The notes beneath the pieces were generated by a model. It saw only the letters and a program-made list of their open reading frames with translations, ran no database searches and was not told where the DNA came from. From Candidatus Multivoradales bacterium (GTDB lineage: Bacteria; Acidobacteriota; Thermoanaerobaculia; Multivoradales; Multivoraceae): DNA of 64,000 bases. The translations under genes were made by a program, and so were the position numbers. The stretch spans positions 352,001-416,000 of the forward strand of contig CBDCWI010000002.1 of assembly GCA_965223325.1 (NCBI GenBank), in the 5' to 3' direction. Shown one piece after another: positions 36,969 through 50,082 of this stretch (position 1 is the first letter of the stretch; the number at the start of each line of letters is the position of its first letter).

Positions 36969-37189
36969 GGCGGCCCTTGTGTCCCTCCCGGCTGGCAGGA
37001 CACGTCGCACGACGTCAACAGCGTCACGCTCCAGCTGAACCCTCGGTCAGGATCGCAGGTGGCCCGAGCCAGCTCAGCGCAAGTCGAAAAGCGATAGCTG
37101 GCCCAACCGACGACGGCCACCATCAGCACTGCAAACGCTACTACGCCGCGGAGAGCCGTGCGGCCCAGTTTGTACCCTTGCTTCTCCAT
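36965..37189 (-). CDS. Small single-TM protein with four cysteines
   Basis: 74 aa, 16 bp downstream of sdhB; basic N-terminus, TM helix, then four Cys; fills the gap exactly. Confidence 0.5.
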   Translation of the reverse strand: MEKQGYKLGRTALRGVVAFAVLMVAVVGWASYRFSTCAELARATCDPDRGFSWSVTLLTSCDVSCQPGGTQGPP

Positions 37190-37205
37190 CGCATCCCCCG
37201 GGTGT

Positions 37206-39892
<2,687 letters not shown>

Positions 39893-39911
39893 CGAACGCT
39901 CCTGTTTGCGG

Positions 39912-40586
39912 TCACGACAGAACTCCCGTCAACACGCCAATTGGCACGAGCAGAAAACCCACGGTCACCATCACTGCAAACAAAACAGCGAAGGGCCGTC
40001 GCAACCGGTCGATCGAGGGATGACGAAGACCAAGGGTTTGAAAGAAACTCCACAGGCCGTGGTAGAGGTGAGTCCCGAGGAGCAGAACCGCGACGACGTA
40101 GGCCAACGCAACCGGCCACTTTGAGAGCCCACTGGTCAGGTTGTGGTACGCGTCTCCGGCGATGAAGTCCGGGTGGGCGTTGCCGACCGTCAGATGCATC
40201 AAGTGGTACACGATATAGGCGAAGAGAATGTAGCCGCTGTAGCGCATCGTGCGTGAGGCATAGTCGAGCTGCACCCCTTGCCGACGTCGATAGTTCTGTG
40301 GACGCGCGCGACGGTTGACGAGCGTGAGCGCGGTCGCAGCCCAGATGTGAAGACCCGCGGCAAGCAGAAGACCCAGGCGCGCAATCCAGAGTGCCCCCTC
40401 GTGGGGAATGAACGGCGAACCGAAGTCGCGAATGCCCTCGGCATAGTGGTTGAAGGCTTCGGCGCCTTGAAACGCCTTGAGGTTTCCGGCCATATGGCCG
40501 ACGACGAACCCGAAGAGCATCAGGCCGGTGATTGCCATGACCGCTTTCTGGAAAATCGTCGATCGATGAAGTGTCGTCAAGGACAT
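39912..40586 (-). CDS. sdhC: Succinate dehydrogenase cytochrome b subunit
   Basis: KAVMAITG, five TM segments with heme His residues (GHM, LHI, YHL, HLYHG). Confidence 0.92.
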   Translation of the reverse strand: MSLTTLHRSTIFQKAVMAITGLMLFGFVVGHMAGNLKAFQGAEAFNHYAEGIRDFGSPFIPHEGALWIARLGLLLAAGLHIWAATALTLVNRRARPQNYRRRQGVQLDYASRTMRYSGYILFAYIVYHLMHLTVGNAHPDFIAGDAYHNLTSGLSKWPVALAYVVAVLLLGTHLYHGLWSFFQTLGLRHPSIDRLRRPFAVLFAVMVTVGFLLVPIGVLTGVLS

Positions 40587-40845
40587 TGGTGTTTCTCGTT
40601 AGAGCGTGCGCATCAGCGGTTGAGCGAGTCGAGCACCGCGTGCTCCACCCAGATGAGCGGTCCTCTGCTCAGGACCGCCGCTGCCAGGGTCCCGGCTACC
40701 AGGCACGGGCTGCCCCTACCTGCCTTCCCCGCACACCGTCGCGTTCGACCCAGAGCAGCTCTCGTGGAAGATAGCTGAGCGTACCCGAAGAAGCAGCCAT
40801 GTTCGAGCTTCCTGCGGTTACTACGGATGTCCGAAAGGAAGGGTC

Positions 40846-42168
40846 TCATAGGAAATCGCGGTCACGGATCTTCTTGGGCAGGAACTCCTCGGTCACAAAG
40901 GAGATGCCTTTGTTCGAGAGTGCCTCCAGTTCCCATTTCACGCCCTCGGCCAGCATGTGTTTGATCTCGCGCTGCCAGGCCCGGTCTTTGAACCAGTCGT
41001 AGGCGAGAATCTCACGCGCCCGGGCCTTGTCCTGCTCGTTGAGTTTGATGCTCACCGTGTTGGCAATGCCGAACTTCGCTGGGTCATAGCTGGAGAGGCC
41101 AAGAAACTTGGCACTCGGAACAGCCATCCGCTGCGACTCGAACGCCAGATTGATCGAGCCCTGCTTCACGACCGAGTGGATGTAGTAGCCCCAGGGATCG
41201 TTGTCGACGAAGACATAGAGCGGCAGCTTCAGCTCCTTGACCATGCGAAAAAGCAGCCGACGCACACCGCGCGACGGCTGCCCCTGCCCGGTGACCAGAA
41301 TGCACTTATGCTTCTTCCAGAACTTGTCTTCGTTCAGGCGTGCCCAAACTGCCTCTTTCTCGACCAGGAGAATGAACTTCGCATTGTGTTTCACAAACTG
41401 CACGACGTTCGGTTCGACGATCCCTGGCACCGACCAACCACCTGATCCCATTCGCGCGAGATTGATGGTGTCGCCCGCATCGATGATGGTCGCCGGGCCG
41501 ACCACGGAGCCTCGCTTGGCAGCAAACAGCTTGAGCTCCTCGCGCAAAGCGCCGAGAGTGACCTCGAGATCTTCAATGATCGGATCGGATTCGCTCTGGT
41601 CGTCGAAGGTGTTCTCTTTGCCGTCGGCAAGGGTGTACTTGCTCATGTAGTACATGTCACGAATGCTGGTGGTCTTGTCCTCCTCCTGCAGCTGCGAACA
41701 GCCACGGGCGACCACGAACGTTTGCATGTACTTCTTGGCCTGATTGAGATTGAACAGGCTGCGGCGTTGCGTCACCTTGCCCATCTCGAGAATCTTCTTC
41801 TTGGGCGAGAAGGTGACGTTCGAAAGCGTGCGCGATGGAATGTCGACGAAGGGATCGATGCCCTGTTCGGCCAGCTCGACGGTCTTCTCGGCGAGGTGGA
41901 TAATCTTGAGGTCGGTGTCGAGCCGCGGCGGGATCTTGAAACTCTTGACGTTCGAGTTGTCGAGCTTCCGGGAAGCCCGTTCGAGCTGCTTGGCAGTCGG
42001 CTTCCTGGCCCGGGCCTTCTTCTTGGCCCCCGCCTTCTTCTTCGAAGCCTTCGCAGCACTCTTCTTCGCGACCTTCTTCTTCGTCGCCTTCTTCTTCGCT
42101 CGCTTCTTGGCGGCCTTCTTCTTGCTCGCGCTCCTCTTGCGTGTGGGTGTTTTCTTGCGAGTCGCCAT
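40846..42168 (-). CDS. top6A: DNA topoisomerase VI subunit A (Spo11 family) with Lys/Ala-rich N-terminal tail
   Basis: SIRDMYY (catalytic Tyr region), FDDQSESD, TOPRIM VEKEAV and DNDPWG, GQGQP, ELEAL. Confidence 0.95.
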   Translation of the reverse strand: MATRKKTPTRKRSASKKKAAKKRAKKKATKKKVAKKSAAKASKKKAGAKKKARARKPTAKQLERASRKLDNSNVKSFKIPPRLDTDLKIIHLAEKTVELAEQGIDPFVDIPSRTLSNVTFSPKKKILEMGKVTQRRSLFNLNQAKKYMQTFVVARGCSQLQEEDKTTSIRDMYYMSKYTLADGKENTFDDQSESDPIIEDLEVTLGALREELKLFAAKRGSVVGPATIIDAGDTINLARMGSGGWSVPGIVEPNVVQFVKHNAKFILLVEKEAVWARLNEDKFWKKHKCILVTGQGQPSRGVRRLLFRMVKELKLPLYVFVDNDPWGYYIHSVVKQGSINLAFESQRMAVPSAKFLGLSSYDPAKFGIANTVSIKLNEQDKARAREILAYDWFKDRAWQREIKHMLAEGVKWELEALSNKGISFVTEEFLPKKIRDRDFL

Positions 42169-42202
42169 CGATTCTTCTACCTTCTAAAAGGAGCCGGTCA
42201 CC

Positions 42203-43921
42203 TCAACCGAGGTCGAGAACAGCCTGTTCCTCTGGATCTCCGCCGGCGTCGCCCCGGTCGACGATCAACGTGTTCTCGGCGTCCGCCAGCTCTTCGTTAC
42301 TCTTCTTCGAAGACTTGAGCTCGGCTAGCAACTCCGCCAGCTCCGTCTTACCGGTCGAAATCCCAACGAGGTTGTCACGAAACGGTTCTTGATCGCGCGC
42401 TGTGATGCGCTCGACACAGTTGACGACTTCGTCCAGGTAGAGGTTGAAGACCTCGCGCCGCTTGGCTTCGTTACGCGCCCGCGCCTTGCGCTTGACCCAG
42501 GTGCCCATGCGGCGACCACAAGATTGCACCGCAAGGCGGATCTCTTTGCGAATCTCCTCGTAGTCCGCGACTGCTTCCTTGCTCTCGGAACTGAAGGGCA
42601 CCCACACCGAGGCCATGTGCACCAAAACGACCAGCGGACCCGTCGGCAGAGCTCCGCGTGACTGGGCGAGGCCGTAGCTCTTCCAGCCAACGTCCATCAC
42701 CGCGCGGGTGATCGCGCAACCGCCCGCCTGATAGAGCAGCGGCACGCGGTTGGCGAAACGCAACACCTTGGCCAGTTCATCGCCCGGTAGTTCCCCACCA
42801 TAGGCCAGGCCGACTTCGATCTGGAACGGATTGCCGCGGTAGACCGTCGGTCGTCGCGTTTCGACGGTGTAGAACTCAGCCGGCAGACCGCGCGTCAGGC
42901 CAGCGAGCAGCTCGCGCATGCCAATCGGTGAGAGGCAGTTGGTCGGCGGCGCCATGATCCTGGTCGACGGGTCGTTGATCGCCCGATAGAGCTGGTCGAC
43001 GCCCCCACGCTGAATGGTGTTGGGCCGGTTGCGTGGCTTGAGGCCGGCTTTGGTGACGATCTTCGAAGCCAGTGCCGGACTGACCCGGCTGAAATCCTTG
43101 GCCAGGAAAGAGGTCACCGTTGGCTGCTTCGTGGCCTGCAACATCTTCATCAAAACGCCCAGCTCGACACCGTGCGGGTGCGGCTTGATTTCCTTCGGAG
43201 CGATTGGGTTGTCGTCGACCGTGCGCTCCCAGAGCACCTCGTCGCCGGCGGGGTTCTTGTAGTAGAGCGTCACGTGGGGATTCGCCACCGCCACCTGGCG
43301 CAGGAACTCGTCGACCGAACGCTTACCCTTCTGGTAGTCACCCTCGAGTTCGATCTCGAGCTGCGTGCCGGACCTGCGGTCCCACTTGGACAGCTTCTTC
43401 TCTTTGAGGATCTTGGGCTTGTTGGAAGTGGTGTCGATCATCACCTGCATCCACACCGCTGGCTTGCGTGGACCGGTCTTCGAGATCGCGATCATCGGCT
43501 TGCCGGTGGTCAGCTGGCCGTACATTGCCGCCGCCGAGATGCCGATCCCCTGTTGGCCGCGACTCTGTTTCATGCTGTGGAACTTCGAGCCGTAGAGCAG
43601 CTTGCCGAAAATGTTGGGAATCTGTCTCGACACGATGCCGGGGCCGTTGTCGCCGACCCGCACGACAAAGCGCTTCTCCTTGACCTTGCCCTTCTCCATC
43701 ACTCGCTCGAGCTCGACGGTGATGTCGGGCAGGATGCCGGCCTCTTCACAGGCATCGAGCGAGTTGTCGACCGCCTCCTTGACCGCGGTCAGGAGTGCCT
43801 TGCGCAGAGAATCGAAACCCAGCAGATGTCGATTCTTGGCAAAGAACTCAGAGACTGAGATCTCACGCTGCTTCTTCGAAAGGGTCTCGGCGGTGACCCG
43901 TTTCGTCTTCCTGGTGGCCAT
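42203..43921 (-). CDS. top6B: DNA topoisomerase VI subunit B
   Basis: [12 protein letters not shown] motifs [24 protein letters not shown]; RFANRVPL; SESKEAVA. Confidence 0.95.
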   Translation of the reverse strand: MATRKTKRVTAETLSKKQREISVSEFFAKNRHLLGFDSLRKALLTAVKEAVDNSLDACEEAGILPDITVELERVMEKGKVKEKRFVVRVGDNGPGIVSRQIPNIFGKLLYGSKFHSMKQSRGQQGIGISAAAMYGQLTTGKPMIAISKTGPRKPAVWMQVMIDTTSNKPKILKEKKLSKWDRRSGTQLEIELEGDYQKGKRSVDEFLRQVAVANPHVTLYYKNPAGDEVLWERTVDDNPIAPKEIKPHPHGVELGVLMKMLQATKQPTVTSFLAKDFSRVSPALASKIVTKAGLKPRNRPNTIQRGGVDQLYRAINDPSTRIMAPPTNCLSPIGMRELLAGLTRGLPAEFYTVETRRPTVYRGNPFQIEVGLAYGGELPGDELAKVLRFANRVPLLYQAGGCAITRAVMDVGWKSYGLAQSRGALPTGPLVVLVHMASVWVPFSSESKEAVADYEEIRKEIRLAVQSCGRRMGTWVKRKARARNEAKRREVFNLYLDEVVNCVERITARDQEPFRDNLVGISTGKTELAELLAELKSSKKSNEELADAENTLIVDRGDAGGDPEEQAVLDLG

Positions 43922-44058
43922 TCCTCGGCTTCCTCTGGGTCCATGGTTCGCTAGCAACCGCAACATGAGAGATGGTAACGACTACGGTTCGAACTAGCAG
44001 CGCTCGGGCTCTGTGTCAACGAAGAGGGGCTCCGTCTGGCCGCCGTGAGCGAGGTTCC

Positions 44059-45330
44059 TCAGCCGTCGCCGGGCGCCTGGGCTTCGTTCTCGAAGCGAAG
44101 GGGAAACGCCAGCTCGACTTGAAAACCGCCGTCGCGACCGTTGCGCATGACGAAGCTCTGGCGGTCGCCGTAGAGCTGGCGCAGACGGGCCTCGGTGTTG
44201 TGCAGGCCGACCCCCGGCTTGAGTGATTCGACGGGGTTGCCTTTCATGCCCGGTCCGCTGTCCCAGACCCGCAGCTCGATGCGATCAGGAAACTGCGGCC
44301 GCGCCTGGACCTCGATCAGACCGGCCGCCGAGCGCCGCGAGATGCCGTGGCGAATCGAGTTCTCGACCAGGGGTTGCAGTACCAGGCTGGGAACCAGGGC
44401 CTGTTCGACCTCCGGGTCGATCTCGAGGCGCACCTCGAGACGATCTGCGAAACGCGCCTTCTCGATCTCAATGTACTTCTCGAGCAACTCGATCTCGTCT
44501 GACAGTGCAATGACCTGCTCGCCGCCCTGGTCGAGAGACATGCGAAGGAAGTCGGAGAGGGTCACCAGCATGCGGTCGGCGGCATCGACGTCGCGATACA
44601 TGAGGGCCGAAATTGCGTTCAGGGTGTTGAACAAGAAATGCGGGTTGAGCTGTGAACGCAACACCTGCACGCGCGCCTGCGACAGGCCGGCCTCGAGCTG
44701 ACTGGCGCGCAACTCGCGGTCGCGAAAGCGCCGGTGATACTCGAAGGCATGGACGACCGCCAGAATCGCCGAATAGACGAGCAGATAGAACTCGAGTCCA
44801 CCCAGGAGGTAGCCCCGTCCCAGACGCCAGAAGCGCGGTGGAGTCTCGGTCGTCAGGCTCAGGAGCAGCCAACTCTTGCTCATCTCGAGCACCGCGTAGG
44901 CAATCGAGACCATCACCCCGGTCACCAGGTGGATCCAGATCCGTCGACGCCAGTGTCGGCGTTCGAGGGGATAGCGGCGCACCATGGCGAGCGCCAGCGG
45001 AACGAACAACGCCCACAGGCACCAGCCCACCAACTCGCTCGCCAACCGCTCCCAGGGAACCGGCTGCTGATCCGCAACGTTCTGAAGGAGCGCCGGGGTC
45101 ACACCGACGAGTCCGACCAGGACGAAGATCAACAGGAGCTGCAGCCACCCGAGGCTCCCACCCGCATCGACGCTCGCATCCGGGATGCCGGAGTCGGCCA
45201 ACACGGACCGGTTCTCGGTTGCCTGCGCTAGCTCGAGGTGTCCGTCACCGACGTAGCGCTCGGCCGCCGACTCCAGGGGCCGCACTCCAGGAACGGCGCT
45301 CTCATCGAGCGGATCACCGGTGGACGTCAT
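44059..45330 (-). CDS. LytS/YehU-family membrane sensor histidine kinase
   Basis: Multi-TM input; QLNPHFLFNTLN, LQPLVENSIRHG, DSGPG, GVGL. Confidence 0.92.
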   Translation of the reverse strand: MTSTGDPLDESAVPGVRPLESAAERYVGDGHLELAQATENRSVLADSGIPDASVDAGGSLGWLQLLLIFVLVGLVGVTPALLQNVADQQPVPWERLASELVGWCLWALFVPLALAMVRRYPLERRHWRRRIWIHLVTGVMVSIAYAVLEMSKSWLLLSLTTETPPRFWRLGRGYLLGGLEFYLLVYSAILAVVHAFEYHRRFRDRELRASQLEAGLSQARVQVLRSQLNPHFLFNTLNAISALMYRDVDAADRMLVTLSDFLRMSLDQGGEQVIALSDEIELLEKYIEIEKARFADRLEVRLEIDPEVEQALVPSLVLQPLVENSIRHGISRRSAAGLIEVQARPQFPDRIELRVWDSGPGMKGNPVESLKPGVGLHNTEARLRQLYGDRQSFVMRNGRDGGFQVELAFPLRFENEAQAPGDG

Positions 45331-45344
45331 GCATCACCCGAGTT

Positions 45345-47528
45345 TCATTCTCCAAAGCGCAGGTTCACCCCGGCATGGAAGAGCCGTGGTGCACCGATGT
45401 TGACCAGGCCGCCGCCGGAGATCCCCGTCTCGACCTTTTCGTCGGTGACGTTCTCGAGCGCCAGGAAGACGTCGATCTTCTTTTGCACGGAGCGACTCAC
45501 ACGCAGGCCCCAGATGACCGCGTCGCCGAGACGGCGCGTGTTGAGTGGATCGTCCCACTGCGCGTCGACGTAGCGACCCTCGCCAACCAGGCGAACCGGC
45601 CCCTGCCAATCCAAGCGCAGGCTCGCCTGCTGCTCCGGCACCTGAGCGAGCCCCAGGCCCACCAGGTCAGTGACTGGTGCCGCTTTGATTTCGCTGTCGG
45701 TCCATAGCAGGCTGAACGCCAGAGACAGCCGGTCACTGAGCGGCCCGCGCACGTCGAACTCGAGCCCCTGTACGCGAACTTCGCCGAGGTTCTGGCGCTG
45801 GCGACAGTCTCCGCCTCCGGGAGTGAAACCGCAGGGTGCAATCACCCCGGGTCCCTGTGCGAGGGTCACGTTGGCGACTGCATCCTCGAGCTGGTTGGCG
45901 AAGCCGGTGGCCTCGAACTGCCAGCGCCGATGCGACCAGGAGCCACCGAGCTCGAGGCCCTCGACGCTCTCTGGGACCAGGAGAGGGTTGGCGGCGGTGA
46001 TGTCACTGCCCACTCGGAACGGTCGATACAACTCGTTGACGGTCGGTGCGCGGAAAGCGCGGTAGAGACTCGCAAACAGGCGGCCGCCAGACCCCGCGTC
46101 GAAGACCAGGCCGAGGCGGGGTGACACTTCGGTCTCGCGGCGATCGGCGTATCGTTGCTCGAGCCGGACCGAGCCATCTACTCGCTCGGTCTCGAGCCGG
46201 AAACCATCGCGGCTTTCCCAACGATCGATGCGTGCACCGAGGACCAGCTCGATACGCTCGCCGACCTGCATCGCGTCACGCAACCAGAGTCCGCCGAGCT
46301 CCTGCTCGCCGCCAGCCTGCCGCTGACGGTTGAAATCGGCGGTGAAGAAAAAGAGCTCATTGGTTTCGCCTTCGACCTGGCGCCATTCGAGACCACCAGA
46401 AACGGCGTGTGATACGCCCCCGAGTGTTCGATCGGCACGCGTCTGGTGCCACTGGAGCTCGATCGCCAGCGCCTCGGCCGGCACGTCGAACTGGTCGAGC
46501 GCCGGGCGCTCACTGCTGCGGTCACTCGCTGCACTCGAGAAGCGCGAACCGAAGCTCTGGTCCTGGCCGTGCACCGAAAGACCCCACTCTCCCGCTGCCA
46601 TGAACCACCCCGAAAGAGCAAAGCCATCGAGCTCGGTGTCGTTGCCGGTGAGGAAAGTGCCGTTGCCGCGTTCCTCTTCGTAGCGATCGAGAGCCACCTT
46701 CGCATTCCAGCGCTCGGTCGGATCGACGTGAAGCGTCGCGCCGTAGGTCTGGTGGTCAGACGTCGCTGGCACGTCGATCGCACCGCGCTGGTCCCCACGC
46801 AGGATGTAGTAGCCGTCGGTATCAAAGCCCTCGACCCGCGCCCCGATAGAGCCCCAAGAGAACCCTCGCCGACCTGACGCCTCGAGGCGATAGGTGGCGC
46901 GTTCGCCGGCCGCCAGGTGCAGCCCGAGGACATCGTCGCGACGCCCGCGATCGGTGAGCAGCTGAATCACGCCGCCGAGGGCATAGTTGCCCCACACACT
47001 CGAGGCACCGCCACGCACCAGCTCGACCCGTTCGAGCTCGAAACGCGGCACCCGGCCCCAGTACACCCAGCCGCCGAACGGATCGTTCAGCGGCACCCCG
47101 TCGAGAACCACCAGCGTTCGGGAGACTCCGCTCGGTCCCAGACCGCGTAACGACACTCCCTGGGTGGTGGGGTGAGCCACGACACTCGAGCTGCGCCGAA
47201 AAAGCGAGAAGCCGGGCACGGCGCGCAAAGCGTCGTCGGCGGTCAGAGCGGCAGATCCGTCGAGGTCGTGGCGATCGATCACCGTCACATGGGAAGGTAC
47301 GTCCTCGATCGACTCCTCGATGCGTGCTGCGGTCACCACCACGACATCCAGAACCGTCTCTGGAGCGGTCCCTGCCGCTTCCCCGTCATGCGTCTCGGGC
47401 TCCTGCGCCCCGGCCTCCGTCCACGGCATGAGAAGCACCGTTCCGACCAGCACGACAAACGAGGCCGTGGTCAGCCGAGCTCTCGCTCTCTTCGCTTCTC
47501 TGTTCTCTACGGTCAAGCCCTTACCCAT
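45345..47528 (-). CDS. TonB-dependent outer-membrane receptor
   Basis: Signal peptide, DVVVVTAAR, plug VVLDGVPLND and RVELVRGGASSVWG, FRAPTVNELY, ENVTDE. Start inferred. Confidence 0.92.
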   Translation of the reverse strand: MGKGLTVENREAKRARARLTTASFVVLVGTVLLMPWTEAGAQEPETHDGEAAGTAPETVLDVVVVTAARIEESIEDVPSHVTVIDRHDLDGSAALTADDALRAVPGFSLFRRSSSVVAHPTTQGVSLRGLGPSGVSRTLVVLDGVPLNDPFGGWVYWGRVPRFELERVELVRGGASSVWGNYALGGVIQLLTDRGRRDDVLGLHLAAGERATYRLEASGRRGFSWGSIGARVEGFDTDGYYILRGDQRGAIDVPATSDHQTYGATLHVDPTERWNAKVALDRYEEERGNGTFLTGNDTELDGFALSGWFMAAGEWGLSVHGQDQSFGSRFSSAASDRSSERPALDQFDVPAEALAIELQWHQTRADRTLGGVSHAVSGGLEWRQVEGETNELFFFTADFNRQRQAGGEQELGGLWLRDAMQVGERIELVLGARIDRWESRDGFRLETERVDGSVRLEQRYADRRETEVSPRLGLVFDAGSGGRLFASLYRAFRAPTVNELYRPFRVGSDITAANPLLVPESVEGLELGGSWSHRRWQFEATGFANQLEDAVANVTLAQGPGVIAPCGFTPGGGDCRQRQNLGEVRVQGLEFDVRGPLSDRLSLAFSLLWTDSEIKAAPVTDLVGLGLAQVPEQQASLRLDWQGPVRLVGEGRYVDAQWDDPLNTRRLGDAVIWGLRVSRSVQKKIDVFLALENVTDEKVETGISGGGLVNIGAPRLFHAGVNLRFGE

Positions 47529-47666
47529 CGCTGCCTCTTTCGACCATGCTCTGCTCGAGCGGAAACTGCTTTCGCGAAAACGCGCTGCTGAACGTCGTGC
47601 GCCACCACCCTCCTGGCTGGAGGTCGGCATGAGTGAGCAGTCTATTCACTATGCTCCTCCCTCGCG

Positions 47667-48749
47667 ATGAAGTTCTTCGATGGCCATAACGACGTTCTCC
47701 TGAAACTGCATCAGGCGACGCGTACCCAGCAGAAGAGTCTGGCTCGGGTCATCGAGAGCTTCGGCCGCGGCCGCGACAGCGGGCATCTCGACCTGCCGCG
47801 GGCGCGGCTCGGCAGGCTGGCCGGGGGATTGTTCGCCGTCTTTGTACCTCCCCCGAGAGGCGGCCCCCCCGCGTTCGGCAAGAACCGCACTGCCGACGGC
47901 TACCGGGTTCCTCTACCCGAAGCGATCGAGCCATCCTGGGCGCACCAGGAAACCGCTTCCATGTTCGACCTCTTCGACCAGTTGATGGCGGCGTTCCCAG
48001 ATGATCTCCAGCACGTCACGGGCCGAGCCACCCTCGGCGAGGCACTGTCCTCGAACCGGATCGCGGCTGTCCTTCACATCGAAGGGGCCGAGGCGATCAC
48101 CGACCCGCAGAGCGACACCAAGGCCCTGTACGAGCGCGGCCTGCGCTCGCTCGGCCCGGTCTGGAGTCGACCGAACATCTTCGGCACCGGGGTTCCCTTC
48201 GCCTATCCCGCGACCTCGGATATCGGCCCGGGCTTGACCGAGCTCGGGCGTCGGCTGCTCGCGACTTGCGAGCGGCTCGGCATCATGGTCGACCTCGCCC
48301 ACCTGAACGCTCGCGGCTTCTGGGACTACGCGGAGTTCGCAGCCAGACCGCTCGTGGTCTCTCATACGGCCGCACAAGCCCTCTGCCCGACGGCGCGCAA
48401 CCTCACCGACGACCAGATCGATGCGGTCGGAGCGAGCGGAGGCCTGGTCGGTGTCAACCTGCACGTCGGCGACCTGCGCTCCGACGGTCGTTTCGACTCC
48501 GACACGCCCCTCGATCGCTGGACCCAACATGTCTCCTACATCGCCGGCCGCATTGGCGCCGAGCATGTCGCCATTGGCTCGGACATGGACGGTGCTCTGA
48601 TGCCGCGCGACTTCGGCGACGCGACGGGCTTCCCGCGCCTCGCCGAGGCGCTCGCGAGAAGCGGTTTCAACGCCAGCGAAGTAGAAGGGATCGCCTGTTC
48701 CAATTGGTTGCGAACCCTGAACACGGCACTCGCCAGTACTCGGAACTGA
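47667..48749 (+). CDS. Membrane dipeptidase (peptidase M19)
   Basis: DGHND, LHIEGAE, DLAH, VSHT, GSDMDG. Confidence 0.92.
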   Translation: MKFFDGHNDVLLKLHQATRTQQKSLARVIESFGRGRDSGHLDLPRARLGRLAGGLFAVFVPPPRGGPPAFGKNRTADGYRVPLPEAIEPSWAHQETASMFDLFDQLMAAFPDDLQHVTGRATLGEALSSNRIAAVLHIEGAEAITDPQSDTKALYERGLRSLGPVWSRPNIFGTGVPFAYPATSDIGPGLTELGRRLLATCERLGIMVDLAHLNARGFWDYAEFAARPLVVSHTAAQALCPTARNLTDDQIDAVGASGGLVGVNLHVGDLRSDGRFDSDTPLDRWTQHVSYIAGRIGAEHVAIGSDMDGALMPRDFGDATGFPRLAEALARSGFNASEVEGIACSNWLRTLNTALASTRN

Positions 48750-48798
48750 CCGCGCCGAGCCGGGCGAGATCACTCGGGCGCTCGGGCGGCTGACCTCT

Positions 48799-49932
48799 TC
48801 AGTCCTCGCCCAGCTCCATGCGAAGTTCGGCGACCGCGTAGTCACCGGCTTGCGCGAGACCACCTTCTTCGCGCAGTTTCTCGAGCTTGGCCTTGGCCTC
48901 GATCTCTCGCGACCGCATCTTCGAGCTTTCGAGTGAGTCCTCGAGCTCGGCGACTCTCTGGTTGCTGACTTCGAGCTGCTGCAGGAGCGTGTCACGTTCG
49001 GCTTGCGACCGGCGCACCAGGTCCTCGATGTCTTGCCAGGCGGCGTCGCGCGTCTCGAGCTGCTCTTCGAGCTCGGCGACCCTGTCCGCGACGGCGGTGT
49101 TCGAGTCTCCCGACTGCCGTTTCTCCAGTTCGGCGAGATCGTGCTCGCGGTCGATGGCTTCCTTCTTCAGGCGCTCGAGCTGGTCACCTAGCTCGGCACG
49201 CTCCTCCTCGACGGCCTCGAGCGCGGTGCTGAGGTCTCGAAGCTTTTGCTCGTTGACCTCTCCGGCCGACCGCAGCGCCTCGTCGCGAGCCTCCTGTTTC
49301 AAACGCTCACGATCGCGCTCGAACTCGGCTTCCGTTTCAGCCCAGCGACACTTCAGGTTGTCGACTTCCTTTTCCTTACCTTCGAGCCGTTCGTACAGCC
49401 CAGCGACCTCGTCCCGCAATTCGTTGCGAACCGACTGCACCTTCCGGAGCTCGTCGCGCGTGTCGGTGTGGAACTTCTTCTCTTCTTCGAAGGCGGCGAG
49501 GGTCTCGTCCTTCTCCTGGCGCCAGGCGTCGGCGCGCCTCTCGAGGCTTCCGAGATCGTTGGCCGCCTTCTCGAGTTCGCGCTCCTGCTCCTGGAAGCGC
49601 AGCTCGACATCCTCGAGCGCCTTCTCGACTTCGTCCAGCTCGTCCTCGCGTAGCCGGAGCTCGCGATCGAGAGTCGACGTCTCCTCCGCCAGGGCCTTGA
49701 TCTGCTCCCGGCTGTCGACCAGCTCGAGGTCGACTTCACGAAGACGCTCCTCAGCCCGTCGGGCGGCGAGGTTCAAGCGCGCATCGCGGCGCTCGAGCTC
49801 TTCGCGCAGGCGATGGACCTCGCCCTCGAGCTCGGTTCGTTTCAGGGTCTCGGGAGGTGCAGGCGCGGTCGCATCGCCGGCAGAAGACGGCTTCGCGTCT
49901 TTTCTGGGCGCGCGGGCGCTCGATCGAGCCAT
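48799..49932 (-). CDS. Long acidic coiled-coil protein (377 aa)
   Basis: GAGG RBS before ATG 49932; near-continuous E/R/L heptad-like sequence; no Walker motifs or TM. Confidence 0.8.
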   Translation of the reverse strand: MARSSARAPRKDAKPSSAGDATAPAPPETLKRTELEGEVHRLREELERRDARLNLAARRAEERLREVDLELVDSREQIKALAEETSTLDRELRLREDELDEVEKALEDVELRFQEQERELEKAANDLGSLERRADAWRQEKDETLAAFEEEKKFHTDTRDELRKVQSVRNELRDEVAGLYERLEGKEKEVDNLKCRWAETEAEFERDRERLKQEARDEALRSAGEVNEQKLRDLSTALEAVEEERAELGDQLERLKKEAIDREHDLAELEKRQSGDSNTAVADRVAELEEQLETRDAAWQDIEDLVRRSQAERDTLLQQLEVSNQRVAELEDSLESSKMRSREIEAKAKLEKLREEGGLAQAGDYAVAELRMELGED

Positions 49933-50006
49933 CGTTTTCCTCGGCAGGATTCGCGGGGAGGGGACAGAACGGGCCACCAGACATTGAGGTCGTGCCCAAT
50001 ATTTCT

Positions 50007-50034
50007 CAATTTTCTCAGATTTTTGAGAAAATTG
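50007..50034. promoter_or_regulatory. Perfect AT-rich 11-6-11 inverted repeat
   Basis: CAATTTTCTCA-GATTTT-TGAGAAAATTG, about 75 bp upstream of the coiled-coil gene. Confidence 0.6.
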
Positions 50035-50082
50035 CCAGAAACGAGCACCAGCGCTCATCACGTTTCGATCGGAGTTCAGGAA

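Noticed and set aside
40590-40845. Hairpins in the sdhC leader (e.g. gcggtcct-ctgctc-aggaccgc) as a riboswitch or ncRNA
   Set aside because: No known RNA family motif recognised; short stems are expected by chance in GC-rich DNA. An Rfam scan would settle it.
40846-42168. Top6A-like gene as Wadjet JetD
   Set aside because: It is paired with a full top6B and has standard Topo VI-A motifs.
50007-50034. 11-6-11 palindrome as a second dif site
   Set aside because: Lacks the ATAA-N6-TTAT core and the XerD arm; kept only as an operator or recombination-site candidate.
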